Positions 50,048 through 62,868 of a stretch of 64,000 nucleotides of DNA are shown piece after piece. Within the stretch, counting starts at the first letter, position 1; each line of letters starts with the position of its first letter. Where the stretch lies: positions 21,700,001-21,764,000 of the forward strand of contig CM120640.1 of the NCBI GenBank assembly GCA_051362555.1, in the 5' to 3' direction. The notes under the pieces were generated by a model that saw nothing but the letters and a program-made list of their open reading frames with translations, was not told the origin of the DNA and did not search any database. A program made the position numbers and the translations under genes. The stretch is from Lingula anatina (Eukaryota > Animalia > Brachiopoda).

Positions 50048-51435
50048 AATCCAATCATGGAATTTCGTTCCTAATGGAATTTTCCTACGAAAAAAAAATC
50101 TCTTACTCAAGAACTATTCCCTGATCTAGCCGCCCTTGGTGGGCTGGCATTCAATGTTTCATGTCATTTTTGATTAAATAATTTAGTTCTAAATGCCTGG
50201 AAAGACTATACTACATGTATAAATACTATAAGTTATAGACCTTCCTAATATTTCATAAGGAAATATAGACATCAGACAATTGAGTTTTTTTTTTTTTTTT
50301 CATTTTAAGGCCTGAATTGGAAAAGATGTAATAGTTTGGCAAATAATTAAGATATGAAAATAAAGTGTGGAACATTTTCAAATACGTATAAAGAGTGATC
50401 AGTGATTGTGATTGTTGTATAAAATGGGCATTGGTGTTCATTGTGTCAGTTGAGACAGTAGGCCCTACTTATGATAATATGGAATAAGAAAGAGCCAACT
50501 TCTCCTTTTTATCAATTGAAAACAAAATTACTGATGCAACATGAAAGGGAACCTGAGTTTTCACGGCTTGAACGATCCATAAAATTAAGTAGATCTGTCA
50601 ATGCTGTAATAACTGAAATTATTCGTTAAAATGGCTTTCATTAATTTTTATTGGTTATGTTACTTTATTACTTAAAAGTGATATTTCAGTTAATTCTTTT
50701 TAACTAGGGTGACGTTTATCTTATAATTTTCATTACTGCATTTGATCCTCAAAGATTTTTTTTTTATTCAGTGTATTTCGACATAAAGATATGTTTCCCC
50801 ATACTGAATGGACAGGAAAAAACATACAAATTACGTTTGAGCACCTTTATTTTGATGTCTGTAAAAAGTTTAAATTTATTTAAAAAAATCATTTGGAAAA
50901 TGAATGCAGCTGTTCATTTAGAAAAAAATATATACAAATATAAAAAGTTCGACTTAACACGAAACACACATATGTAAGAAACTATCAAAATAAAGTTTTC
51001 AGCTCAATCATTTTAGTTTTATGTACAGTTATCATATTCTAATATTGACAATCATTGATGTCCATGCAATACCAAACATGACCTTTCAAATGGTCCTTGA
51101 TTCCTAAATTGAACTTATTATGAACGAAACAAAAACCAGTGTTTTGTCCTTTTCACTAGGTAGAAGAATCACAATAACACAGACGGAAGCCTATGATTAA
51201 GGCACTGAAGACACGGGCAGGATTCACGTGTTGTCACCTGAACACCTAATAAACTTGGCATAAACCAATCATATAAAAATAGGGATATGGTGTTTAAAAA
51301 AGAACGGCGAAATAGCTTAGTAGATATTGGTAATTGAAGGTGAAAAAATGTTTATATGCCGTTCATTTGAAGATGAACACAAATGAAACACTACATTAGA
51401 ACATGTAGCTGAATGGAATATGTGGCCATATAATC

Positions 51436-52068
51436 TTACACTTGTGTATGTATAAAGCCCATGTCGTCCTTAAATGACGTCTGAGATTGTTCTTCATCCA
51501 GCTTTTCATATCGTCCTCCAACCGACGTGGACAGAATAAGAGCTACCTCATCTTCCAATTCTTTGCTGTTTTCCCCATTTTCCGGAGTTTTAGGTTGCAG
51601 AGATTGTTCAACTTCCAACTCCCCATCTAACACGTCTTTACTAGTAGGATCGGACTTCACAACAGAGATCATTTCTTGTTCACCCCATGTCTTAGGTTCG
51701 TCGTGTGGTCGCCTGTGCCTCCTCGGCCTCCTGGGAACTTTCCCCGTGCTTTCTTGTCTGGGCTTCAAGAATACTTTAAAGCGCCCATTGTCAGTTTGTA
51801 TGCAACTTGGGACCTTTTTACAGTAAAAAATTAAAGTTACTAACACAATGAGACAGATTACTACAATAACGCCAATAATAATTCCAGCTATAGCCCCTGG
51901 GCCAACGCTTGCAGGTCCCTTTCCCAGGTTAATGTTTATTCTCGGGGCACCTGCTCCAGAAGCGGGCAGAATCACTGCCAGTCCTACCACCAGACCAAAA
52001 GCCATGCTACTCAGAATCATGATTATGGCCCATCTCTTCTTTGTGCATTTATATTTTCCACACTGCAT
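51436..52068 (-). CDS. Uncharacterised 210-aa membrane protein (two hydrophobic segments, acidic tail, C-terminal -TQV)
   Basis: Single-exon ORF with segments WAIIMILSSMAFGLVVGLAVIL and GAIAGIIIGVIVVICLIVLVTLIFY followed by CKK; acceptor TTTGCAG 14 nt upstream of the ATG. Confidence 0.75.
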   Translation of the reverse strand: MQCGKYKCTKKRWAIIMILSSMAFGLVVGLAVILPASGAGAPRININLGKGPASVGPGAIAGIIIGVIVVICLIVLVTLIFYCKKVPSCIQTDNGRFKVFLKPRQESTGKVPRRPRRHRRPHDEPKTWGEQEMISVVKSDPTSKDVLDGELEVEQSLQPKTPENGENSKELEDEVALILSTSVGGRYEKLDEEQSQTSFKDDMGFIHTQV

Positions 52069-53254
52069 TTTGTCTAGAATTGCTGCAAAGTAAATAATAT
52101 AAAAACATATTTATCAACTTTTTTGTTTCAAACATAATAAGTGCATGTTGTGAGGAGGGAGAAGAGTAATTTTGATGGCAATGCAGTGACAAAATCTCAT
52201 CTCATCTCGAGTTTAAGCGTAATTTATACGGGTTGTAAATTAAGGCACACATATACCTATTTCTCATCACCTTGTTTAACCCCTCAAATCTGTGGCTGGG
52301 TTTTCAGAGTTTTGTCCCTGAGTCACCAACAGAAATCAAAACATCAAGTCAGTGGCTTCCAATTTGACCAAATTGTACATTGGGTCAAACAAGGGATCGA
52401 GCATGCGTCTTATTTTCTTAACCAATTTCGACACAAACGCAATAAATTCTGCGATGAATAACTGGAAGGCGGGCGGTGGGGAGACTGGATGATAAGCACC
52501 GCCATAGGTATATAGGCCTCCGGCAGGTACCCTGTATCAAAGTTAACGCAACGTTACTGTGATTCGTGAAACAGGTCGTGTCTATCTCCGATCTAAAGTT
52601 CCAAAAATACATCAACATTCTCACCTGTGCTATAAGCCCCTCGGAGAACAGACCTCCATTGAACTCAAGTGTTTGAAGGGACAGTAGGACCCTCAAGACC
52701 TTGGCGTGTCCTTCAGCACCCACACTGGACAGACCGGACTGCATTAACGGTTTCCATCACGGTAGCCATTTGCAGTCCATGAATACTGTCTAAACTTGTA
52801 TGTCGAGCTATATTGACCCACTTGCGCTTTATGTTACCTGTGACTGAATTAAGCGTAAGTTAAATCGTGTCACAGCGTTTCAGGTAGGATATTTATAGCT
52901 CAAAGTGAACCAAGGTAAACATGAGTCAGGGGACGATCGGGCGTCATCAATTTTTTAAAGTTTACTTGGTGACACGAGTGAAAGGGTTTTCTTCTTAATT
53001 CAATCATTGTAAATATCTCAGCAACTCAAAGAAATGAATATTGTACATGAATACAATGTATATTGGATATGAACTGAGTATGTGAAATATTGTACATGTT
53101 CTAGAATAACCCGTTTTTCGAAGTCAAAATAGATCGACGAATAATAATAAAGAAATATGTTTAACGAAATCATGTAAGTATTGCATTTATAAATACGTGG
53201 ATTTCGCTTTTGTGGAGAATATTTATGTTCCCGGGGTCTAACTGCCTGCATGTA

Positions 53255-53427
53255 CAGGCCCGTAGCCAGCAATTTCAAAAGGGGGGTTCTTTTTCTGAAA
53301 AAGTGGACCCTTTCCCATAAAAACGCCATGTACATGTACCTAGATCAAATTTTACCCAAAGTGGACCTTTTTCCAGCAAAAGGGGAGGTTCTTTCGTACC
53401 CCCCGAACCCCCCTGGCTACGGGCCTG
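53255..53427 (+). mobile_element. MITE copy 2 (15-bp TIR CAGGCCCGTAGCCAG, 5-bp TSD ATGTA)
   Basis: CAGGCCCGTAGCCAG...CTGGCTACGGGCCTG; ATGTA at 53250-53254 and 53428-53432. Confidence 0.88.
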
Positions 53428-53581
53428 ATGTATTCTAATTACCTGTGCATTTTCCTGGTTCATCTGAACAAAGCAGTCTGGAGGTTACTAGTATATAGTC
53501 AGCATCAATTGGTGTACAGCTGCTATGGTTAGACCTAGATAGAAAAAGCCCACCCAGGGACGTCGATTTATTTTCATTTTT

Positions 53582-53890
53582 AGAGATGAAATTAATTAGC
53601 TGCAAAATTTGGCTTAAAAGTATTAATTTACCTGGTTAAACTTAGCTTATTTGGAGTTTTTTAATGGAGTTACGTGTCATGTAGTTTTGACAACGGTTTT
53701 CATCTGGATAAAGAGATTAGCATTAAATGCTTTCAGAGATGAAACTAATTTGCTGCAAAAACTGGCTCTAAAGTATAAATTTTCCTGGTTAAATGCACCT
53801 CAAACACATTGTATTTAGAGCTTTTTAATGACGTTACATGTCGTGTAGTTTTGACAACGCTTATCATCTGGATAAATAGAGCATGAAATA
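53582..53890. repeat. Diverged tandem dimer of ~155 bp
   Basis: AGAGATGAAA.TAATT.GCTGCAAAA...TGTAGTTTTGACAACG...TCATCTGGATAAA occurs twice, starting at ~53582 and ~53735. Confidence 0.75.
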
Positions 53891-56011
53891 CTTGCAATAA
53901 CAACCTTGCTGTTTTATGTACTTCACAATCGATTGAGGCGTAGAACCAGTAAAACGTCAATATTAGTAGATCTAGTACTTTAAATAATATCCGGAAGATA
54001 CAGATCGTTTAAATGCTTTGGGCACAGTTGAAAATCACTAACAATCTTTTTCATTATGATAGATAGGTAAGACAACAATAGGGAGATGTCCGACTAAAAA
54101 AATCTTATGCTTACCAATTCATTTCAGATTGCAAGAAACGACCTTTTTACGAAGAGATAAAAAAACAAAAACCGACTTCAGGACAATATCTCACAAACAA
54201 ACACCATTGTGAGTTTTGTGCAAAAAAATCAATTTTTCACAAGGGACTCGGTTTAAGTAGAGTCGAACACTGTTTATGCAGTCAAGATAAAGATAACTTT
54301 TAATATCCAAAATATTTACTCTGTCTACATCATTGAATTTAGACGGTTCATTTACATAAGTAAAACAATCAATACAAAAAATAAGAAATAACTTATAATT
54401 TAATGAATAGACAACCACAAGAACAAATGTATAGTATACATGTAGTATAGTATAGTTAATTAATCGCGTTCTACCTCCTTGTCTATAATTGCAGACTTCG
54501 AGTTGTTTTCGTAAACTAAGTTACTCGAGAGTAAATGACAAAGAAACCTATATTTTGCAATGTTTCACATGCTCCCCATTAGATTTCTTGGTTTTAAAAA
54601 ACAGATAAGGAAAACGAATTTAAGTGACTTGTTTGAACAGCATTTTAACTAATCCAAAACCCTATATCCGCCGGCAAGGCAAAAAACGTTTTCCAAGCAA
54701 ATGCTACTTAAATGTATTAAATGTACATCGAATAAATTTAAGGCACAGGGACGAAGAGATTTACAAGCTTTGTCAATAAATATTGCCTATCGGACGGTTG
54801 TTTAATCTTTGACATTCAAATTTCATTCGAGAATACTGGCTCGGCAAGTAAATTTTGCCATACATACACATAACATAATATTTACGTGACAAAAGTGAAA
54901 TACAAGGAATACAGATGGACATTTTCCCTTAATACACCCAAACAGTACTTTTGAAAGTCCAATGCATAGATTAAACTGGAAATACCAAGTACATGTATAT
55001 TGATAAATTTTCTTCAGGTTAAAAGCCTTTTGTTTCAAGTCTCATCTGGGAACTTCTAAACTAAAAAAAATCCAGTCATGATCATGTAGGCCAGCTACTT
55101 TAAGGTCATGGTTTAAGAGAAAATTTAAAAGAAGTCATGTGTTGTAATAATAATATTATTATACGATCCTCAAAATTATTCACACATTTGATGCTGTGTT
55201 TTGATGCTACTCCGCATATCACCACTGTTATGAGTAAAACGAGAGGTAGACTCCGTCTTCGTTATCCAGAAAGTTACATACTTTTACTGACAGGCAAAAG
55301 GCAACACGAAAAAAAGAGAGCAGACTCTAAGCTATCCCCCAGAAATCGTCTTGAACCTCTTGCCGAAAAGCAAATACTTCTTTCTTGGCCTCTTCCTGCT
55401 TCTGCTTGCGCTTTATCTTTTCCTCTTTCTTTCTCTTTTGTTCTTCGCGTCTCTCTTTGCATTTCTGGCAACTGAAATAAACAGAAAAGGGTTCTGACAG
55501 ATAAATGTGGCAGAGCTCTCCTTTTATTCCATGTAGAATTCAAAACAAGAACGTACATGCTTGGGAACGTTTAGTAGCAAGTTTATTATAAATATAAGTA
55601 TAGTATGTCTTCGTATTTATGTTTTATTAAAACCACTAAGAACTTGGTTAAAAAAAAACTGAAAATATGTTTGTCCCTTTTCCTTACCATGTACACCGTT
55701 TCTTGCATTTTTTCAGGCAAGGGAAGGTATCCTCGTTACACCAGAAGATGATAAAAGTGACAGTCATGAGAAAGACGGTGCCACAAGCAATTCCTGTGCC
55801 AATCTGGGCCATGCGACCAAATCTAGGAACAATCCAAATACCATATAAACAGGGAGGTGTCTTCTCTTACTGTTAAACATGATATGAAGACATTACTTTA
55901 GATGAATTATCAAATCGCAATCTTAGTCAAGTCGCAAACGATGCAATTTTTGCGCAAGGGTTGGAATATGCTAGGAACGTTTGGGAAATACTTTTTCACT
56001 TCAAATACACA

Positions 56012-56085
56012 GTATGTGCGTGCGCGCGCGCGCGCGTGTGTGGGTGTGTTTATGTGTGGGGGGAGGGAAGGAGGGAGGGCGGGGG
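56012..56085. other. Alternating purine-pyrimidine tract next to a G-quadruplex motif
   Basis: GTATGTGCGTGCGCGCGCGCGCGCGTGTGTG, then GGGGGGAGGGAAGGAGGGAGGGCGGGGG. Confidence 0.6.
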
Positions 56086-57844
56086 TTACTTGAAAATACG
56101 TGGATTTCACATGTCTTACTTTCAGTATTTCGACAACAGATTATGTTAAATTCATACATGTTTAAAAATAAGGAAAAGTACACACGCTTGGGTTTCTTCG
56201 CAGCATCCCACAGTGTTGTCCTTTTTGCAACATCTCGGCGTTCCTGCAGCTATGGATTCCTCAGTGTCACATCGCATATAGTTACCTTCTTCCGTTCTAG
56301 GTTCTGCGATCACACAGTCGTCATTGCTAAAGTCTTGATCATCTAGAAGATATTTTTATGTAATGATGAATGAGTGAAGCAGGGGGCGTAAGACATACCA
56401 CGTAAATTGAACCAAGATTAGTAAAATGCTGTAAATTTGTTCTCACAATTAGCAACTGCTTTTGCTTCCTGGTGACCCAAAGGGGAAGAAATCTTTAAAT
56501 ATAAAATCAGAGTGTATTATAGTCTTGTATTGCAACTAAATGTTAGGAGTTGGATTTTAATTTTAATCAAACTAAAATTTTGATAACCTATTTCTCGCAA
56601 AATTTACCTGGATTAGCCTATCCATGAAAAGTTCAATATTACTGTGGGATATTACTGATCTTAAGGTAAGAAAAGGGGAGGTGGGAATGACTTTCATAAA
56701 TGTCGTCGAGTCGGTTAACTGTAATAGAATAGGCCTCAAGAAATTTTGACACTTCAGAAGACATGGCCGACATAGACCGACAGTTGGCTTGATTTTAAGC
56801 GAAAACACTGAAATGGAAAAAGAAAATCCTACCTTGTGCTCGAAGGCTTAACAAGCAAGTTAGTAAGATTGTGACAGACAATACTAAAACGTGCCGCCCT
56901 GCCATGTTATGTTCTCCGTTATGTCCGAAATGATGTGTTCTTTACTCCATTACTGTCACAGCGCGTTTCAACTGTGTTGTACAGTTGTTGCGAAAGGATG
57001 ACTAAATCGATATTGTTCCGGTGGAAAATCGAAATGAGTACAATGCAAGTATGGTTTGCATTTCAAACTTTGATGGATCATACGAAGGTCACAATACGTT
57101 ACACTATGGCAATCATCGATCTGTTCCACACTTTTATCAATATTCAACAAGAGGTATATATCTAGTTAATATTTTCGAAGGCAGATTGTGTTCGATAACT
57201 AATGCATATTTTATTCGAGTATCACTTAAACGCAGGGCTGATTGAATATTTGAATTCCCTTTCTTACGTGACACATATTTCATTTTTATTGATCTTGAAG
57301 GCATTAACAAATATGTCGATACGTCTTTAAAATATTTGAAACTATTCTGACTGAGGAATCGCGACGCTCACAGGATTTTCTGGTTAAATTTGGCCGTTTT
57401 GAACGCCTCTCACTAGAGATTGCTGAAACGGATTAATAAGAAGATTTTGCTGCACTTGTATTGGGATTTCGTTTAAAGATTTACCGGCGTATCCAGGGAA
57501 GGGTACGTGCATCTACCTCAGCTTTGGAGGTAAATAAACCCTATGACGAGAAATATAAAGTTTTTTATTCTTGTGTCTTGCATATTATGGCCAAAGTGCC
57601 ATTTTCTTCAAATTTGCAATTTGTTGGACAATTTATCCCTCTGCCCCTTCACCTTAGCAAAACCCGACCTACCTCCGCCTGAGGAGATTGTCTTTACCTT
57701 TATCTCAGAGGTGAGTTACATCCGTTTTTCATAATCAAACCTATACCTGCAAAAAAATCACTTTTTCACATGTGGTGAAAACGCACACAATTCATCTATT
57801 GATATGAGTAAGTTCATCTATTTTTATCTAAGTTTATGTAAGAT

Positions 57845-58327
57845 TTTAAAAGAGAAATATACACACAGTTAATTCACAAACCCAAATCTACATTCCTTTG
57901 CAAATTCAGGATAAGTGCACACAATTTGGCAATTGAAAAGGGGAGACACATGAATCCTAAAATACCCATAGAGAAAAGGCTATGCACGGTGTGCAACATG
58001 AGGTCAGTTGAAGATGAGTTCCATTTCATGATGATATGCCCCTGTTATGCTCCACTGAGAGCCATATTCCTTAACCAGGTTAAAGATATACTGGGCAGTG
58101 CAGCCCCTGAGTCCATCAGTGAACTTTTTATTACCGTACTACAACGTAATGATTTTGATATTGCAAAATGCACAACTAATTTTCTTTATGATTGTTTTAA
58201 AGCTAGGGATATGAAAATTGCATCCATGCTGAATAAAACCTAGATTAACTGACGATGCAGTTTTCATATCCCCCTAAATAATAGTTAATTTAATATAAGG
58301 TTTAGTGTAGCCTATTCTAGTTGAATC

Positions 58328-58367
<40 letters not shown>

Positions 58368-58542
58368 TTATCCCTTTATTGATCTTTATTGAGTAGTAAT
58401 TGTACTTTCCCTGCTTTAGTCTAGACATTATATAATGTATATCAAACTGTATATGGTAATCACTCTGCGGATTACTTCTTGTATTTGTATTTGATCATGC
58501 CCGGATGTAGGGCGATTGTCAATAAACTTCTGAATCTGAATC
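57845..58542 (+). mobile_element. 5'-truncated non-LTR retrotransposon (LINE, RTE-X-like) 3' end
   Basis: ORF2 C-terminus KFRISAHNLAIEKGRH...RLCTVCNMRSVEDEFHFMMICPCY (CCHC-type), stop at 58243, 3' UTR with T-run, AATAAA plus (CTGAAT)n tail; candidate TSD TGTAAGAT at 57837-57844 and 58543-58550. Confidence 0.82.
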
Positions 58543-60341
58543 TGTAAGATAACTTATTGGCACGATTCAAGCCCGATTTCCTCCCCAAGAGGTGATATAC
58601 AGAGAATAATGAAAGTATCTCTCTTCTACTCAAAGGCTCAACTAAGAACGTTTTCAAAACATTTCGTTGAAAGATATTTCGTATAATTCTATATCGTCTA
58701 TATATGTTTATGCAAAGAGCTGACTGTGCTATTAACTAATGGACATTTTATAGATGGAGGGTTTTTAAAATACAAAGTTATAGAAAGTTCCATGCCTTTT
58801 TAGGAATTTATGAAATATGTCATACGGATAAAATGTGTAATACACTGAATGCATTATAAATCCGAATTCTCCTCTCGACCCTGCAATATCTGTACTTCGA
58901 GGGCGGTGTAACAATTGTCGCAATTTGTTGCGCACTTTGTCATCGCATTCCAGCGCACCTGCTGCAACGAGAATCTGAGGTCATGACATACCACAATGTG
59001 TGATATATAAGCAGGGCACATTTTATTAATTTTGTTAATATATCTGTATTCAGATTATTTTTGTACAGTGTTAAAATATAATAAGTAGAATAAATTGGCA
59101 TATGTAATTGTAATCTATATTGTAGAAAGCTATGTACTTTTTCATTGACAGTGTTGCCAGAGAATGTGGGTCGTCATGTAAGGCGGTTGATTGACTCACA
59201 ATACAGGAATGAATACACTTCTCCTAGTTAATAAGTTGCTCTAAATTCTGGATTATATATGCTTGTGTTTTTTAATAGTAAGGTAAGTAGACATCTCTAA
59301 ACAACATGAATTTATCAACATGTTCTCTATCTGGCTGATTAAACACGTAGGCTTCAACGTAGAACTTCAAAATAACAAGACAAAATGGCGTCTTACATTT
59401 AGAAATGATGGGTTTATATTCCAAGATATTTAATGTCTTAGTCTAAGATCTTCATAAAAGGGCATTTTAGCGGCAGTACGCTCACAAATACTGTATGATA
59501 TCTAAATATTTGTTAATTTGTTTATGCTTTTGTGATAAACCCTAGACTTCTGTTTTTCGGAAATGCAGTTTCCTCAAATTACCAGCTGGTATCTCGTTTA
59601 TTCCTTTTGATTGTTAGTTTTTGGCCGTTTCAAAATGTGTCTACGAGATGGATTACACATATTTCTCTCCTCAATGCCATCAGAACTTGGTTAAAATTGT
59701 AAAACTATCATCAACAATTTGAAATGGCACTGATTACCCTCCCCTATCGCCTCTGTATCCCTCAACATAGTTATTGCTGTGTTTTGTCAGCCCAGTGCAG
59801 ATCTCAGTTAAAATCACATTTTATTTCTCTCAGTCTACCATACATATATTATAGTGAATGCTATTAAGCAGGTTTTTTATCCACACCAATTTTTAAATTA
59901 ATATATTTATATTTTAATTTATACTTTAATTACTGTATAGGACATCCAGTGGTTTTTGTTTTGAATATAATTGACAGAATTTTGACTCTTTAAAGTTAAA
60001 CTTTGCAAAAGCTATAATACATGCATAGTTCAAATTTGGCATGGATATTGATTAATGCAAGTCTAAGCTTTTGACTAAAAAACTTCAAAAAGTATTCATT
60101 AGTTTTAATTGAAAAAAAATTATAATTGACCACCAATAGCACTTTGTGTAAAGTGCTGAGGGTTTATATACAGGCGAATGGAAAATTTTGCAATGAATGA
60201 CTTCACAAAAAAGTTTAAAAAATAACAAGGCTGATCTATAGACAGAACTCATTAACATATGTTTTTATTAGATGAATCCCTGTATTTATCAGTTGGTTTC
60301 TTTTTAAAGGTGAGCTGTTGTGAGAACTCATACTAAGCACA

Positions 60342-62868
60342 ATGGAGGGTGGAGCTGGGGCAAAACTCATCAAGCTGCTGCTTTTTGTATTTAATTTGTT
60401 CTTTTTGGTAAGTACTAGCAAGCACATTATAAGACTTTTAAGATTTGATAATAAGACACAAACCTTGAGCTAGAGCAAAAGTAAGGAAATAAATTTTTCA
60501 TAACAGTAGAAATTAACTTTTCATAACAGTAGAAACAGTAGAGATTAATGGTTACATATTGTGGGATAGTAAGATTTATAAATTAATTTGATTTGTGAAT
60601 GTTTTAGTAACCAAAGCTTGTTTGCTTTCAGTTATGTGGCATGGCCCTGCTTGCCATTGGCATTTGGACTGCCATAGACAGAGTGTACCTGTCCAGAATT
60701 ATTGGCACAGTGCTGTACGAGACTGCAGGTTACATGTTGATTGCCATTGGAATTGTAGTGGTGGTCATCAGTATACTGGGCTGCTGTGGATCAATATTTG
60801 AAAACAAATGCCTTATGATATCAGTAAGATAATTTGAAGATCTTGAAAGTTGTTATAAATTTTCTCAGAAGGGGATTTTAAAATGATGATAATTGTTCAG
60901 AAATATATAGCATAATTAATGTCTGGCCGAGTCAGATTTATAATAGTTAATGAGTATTTTTACTTAATCCAGTGAGCTTGTGACTCCCCCTCTCATGTAG
61001 AAGTCTAGACAATGCATGTACAACCAGAGTATCTCTACCTTGGAAATTATGCACTGAAAGTTGTCAAACAGCATTATGTTATTTTCATTCTTATTTTGGT
61101 TTATTCATGCTGAAATCGTCTTTTTCAGTACTTTGTGTTCCTGGTTGTGATTTTTGTGATTTTGTTGGTTGGATCCATCTTAGCTGTAGCCTTCAGAGCA
61201 GATGTGAGTACTAGTAATATCTCTAAAAGTATTCTTGTGGAGAACCTAAACTAACTTGTCACTAAGTTTTTTTGTGATCCTATTAAATATCACGTAGTGT
61301 AAATCCAGTGTTTGTAGGGATAAATATGCAGTATCACAGAATTCCACTTATGTCAACATTTCCGTCATATTTATTGCCTTTTTTAGTTGGAAAACCTGAT
61401 GAAAAAGACCATGAATGACTCCCTGATCAATCAGTATGACCACTTCATGCACCCAGACATCACTGATGCATGGAACATGGCCCAGAGGATGGTAAGTAGT
61501 CGGAGCAATTAAGACACCTTCGTATTCAGGTTTAACAAGTATGGCGTATGAAATCCATCTTTGGAAAACAGGATTTGCATCCCCCCCCCTCCATCATCAG
61601 GATACACCTGTGCATGTACATCTTCATATTTTAAGTTATAATGTTAGGAATAAAATGAGTTTTAAGTGAAAAACTTGCTATAATACCCTGTACAGAAAAT
61701 GTTGACTGTCTAATTTGTTTTCCAGATGAAAGGATTCAGTTGTATGCAACCCAGATATAAGTTTTGTGACATTAAATTCTTAGTGGTATGTTCCATGAAA
61801 ATCTGGCAAATGTATGGTTTTCACAAATGGAATTTTGTTTTTTTATTACTTTTAGTTGAATTGCTGTGCAGTTGTTGATAGTGGATGGGAAGATTACAGG
61901 GCATCATTTTGGTTTAAACAGCAAAATGTTATGGGTAAGTTATCTGGTTTTCACTGCATTCACAATAATATATTATATATTATTGAAACAGTGTCCAAGT
62001 GTTTGAAGTGTATTATTTACTTGATGAATCTTTAGATTAATTCTATTATCTTTACAGAAACGGAGAAAATATATGTCCCGAAGTCATGCTGTGCTCGGAA
62101 CTATGATGGGACTTACGCAAATCTTGACTACTGTCAGAAGCCATCTGGTTCTATGCCACCTAAAACTAAACTAGGGTCTACAAACTTATTCTTGTATTAC
62201 GATGTAAGTATGACGTGTTATAGTTGTATTAGTGTTGTGTGTGTGCTGTCTCTCAGAACCTTTTTATATTTCTGACAAAATTTTTGGTATATAATGCAGA
62301 GCAGGATTAGTACTGAGCCAATAGAATTATATTAGCTTAATCATTCAAAACAGTAAATTTTCAAGAATTCATTAGCAGTAAAGAAAATTGCCTTACATGT
62401 CACCAGTACTGTTAAAACCAATTGGATGAATGTGTAATGTTTGTATTTTTTTCAGGGCTGCTTTACTAAAGGTTTTGAAATGGTATCAGCTCATGGATGG
62501 GTCATCTTTTCTGTTGCATTTGTTATAGCTTTAGTAATGGTAAGACATCTTCATTATTGTAGAACTTTAAGCTTTAGTTGAATGTGGTTTGGCTTTACAG
62601 TGAAGTTAATTGAAGTAAGACATGAAAGTGGTACTGGTTAAAGGATTAAGTAATGTTCATTTTAAGAGATGAGCATTAGGATGATGATGATGATGAAAAT
62701 GTTATTTATCATGCACAACCTTTATCAGTTAATATGATGGTGATAAATGAAACACCACTATTGATCTGTTGTGGTAATTCAATTAGCTAACTAATGCTTA
62801 CTTCATTATTTCAGATCTTAGGCATGATAGGATCCATATCTTTTGTGAGAATGTTAGACTGGGACTAG
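60342..62868 (+). CDS. Tetraspanin (CD151/TSPAN11/TSPAN1-like), 8 coding exons, ~266 aa
   Basis: Exons 60342-60407, 60632-60823, 61129-61203, 61387-61491, 61856-61934, 62058-62203, 62456-62539, 62815-62868 (801 nt). Motifs KLLLFVFNLFF, LGCCGSIFENKCL, LNCCAV, VPKSCC and GC; four TM segments. Confidence 0.92.

Noticed and set aside
52418-52744. 108-aa ORF or coding upstream exon of the orphan membrane protein
   Set aside because: Its CAG|GTGAGA donor is out of phase with the downstream ORF (phase-0 joining meets TAG; the compatible frame has a stop and no ATG). At most a 5' UTR exon.
49887-53427. Composite transposon carrying the orphan gene between two inverted MITEs
   Set aside because: Each MITE has its own distinct TSD (AATCC versus ATGTA), so they are independent insertions
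53018-53463. ORFs resembling ORF 49822-50058 (RPVASNFKRGVLFLKKWT), suggesting a gene family
   Set aside because: Both are translations of the same non-coding MITE
55902-56346. Cluster of overlapping ORFs in most frames
   Set aside because: Caused by the stop-free (CG)/(GT)/G-rich low-complexity tract, not by coding selection
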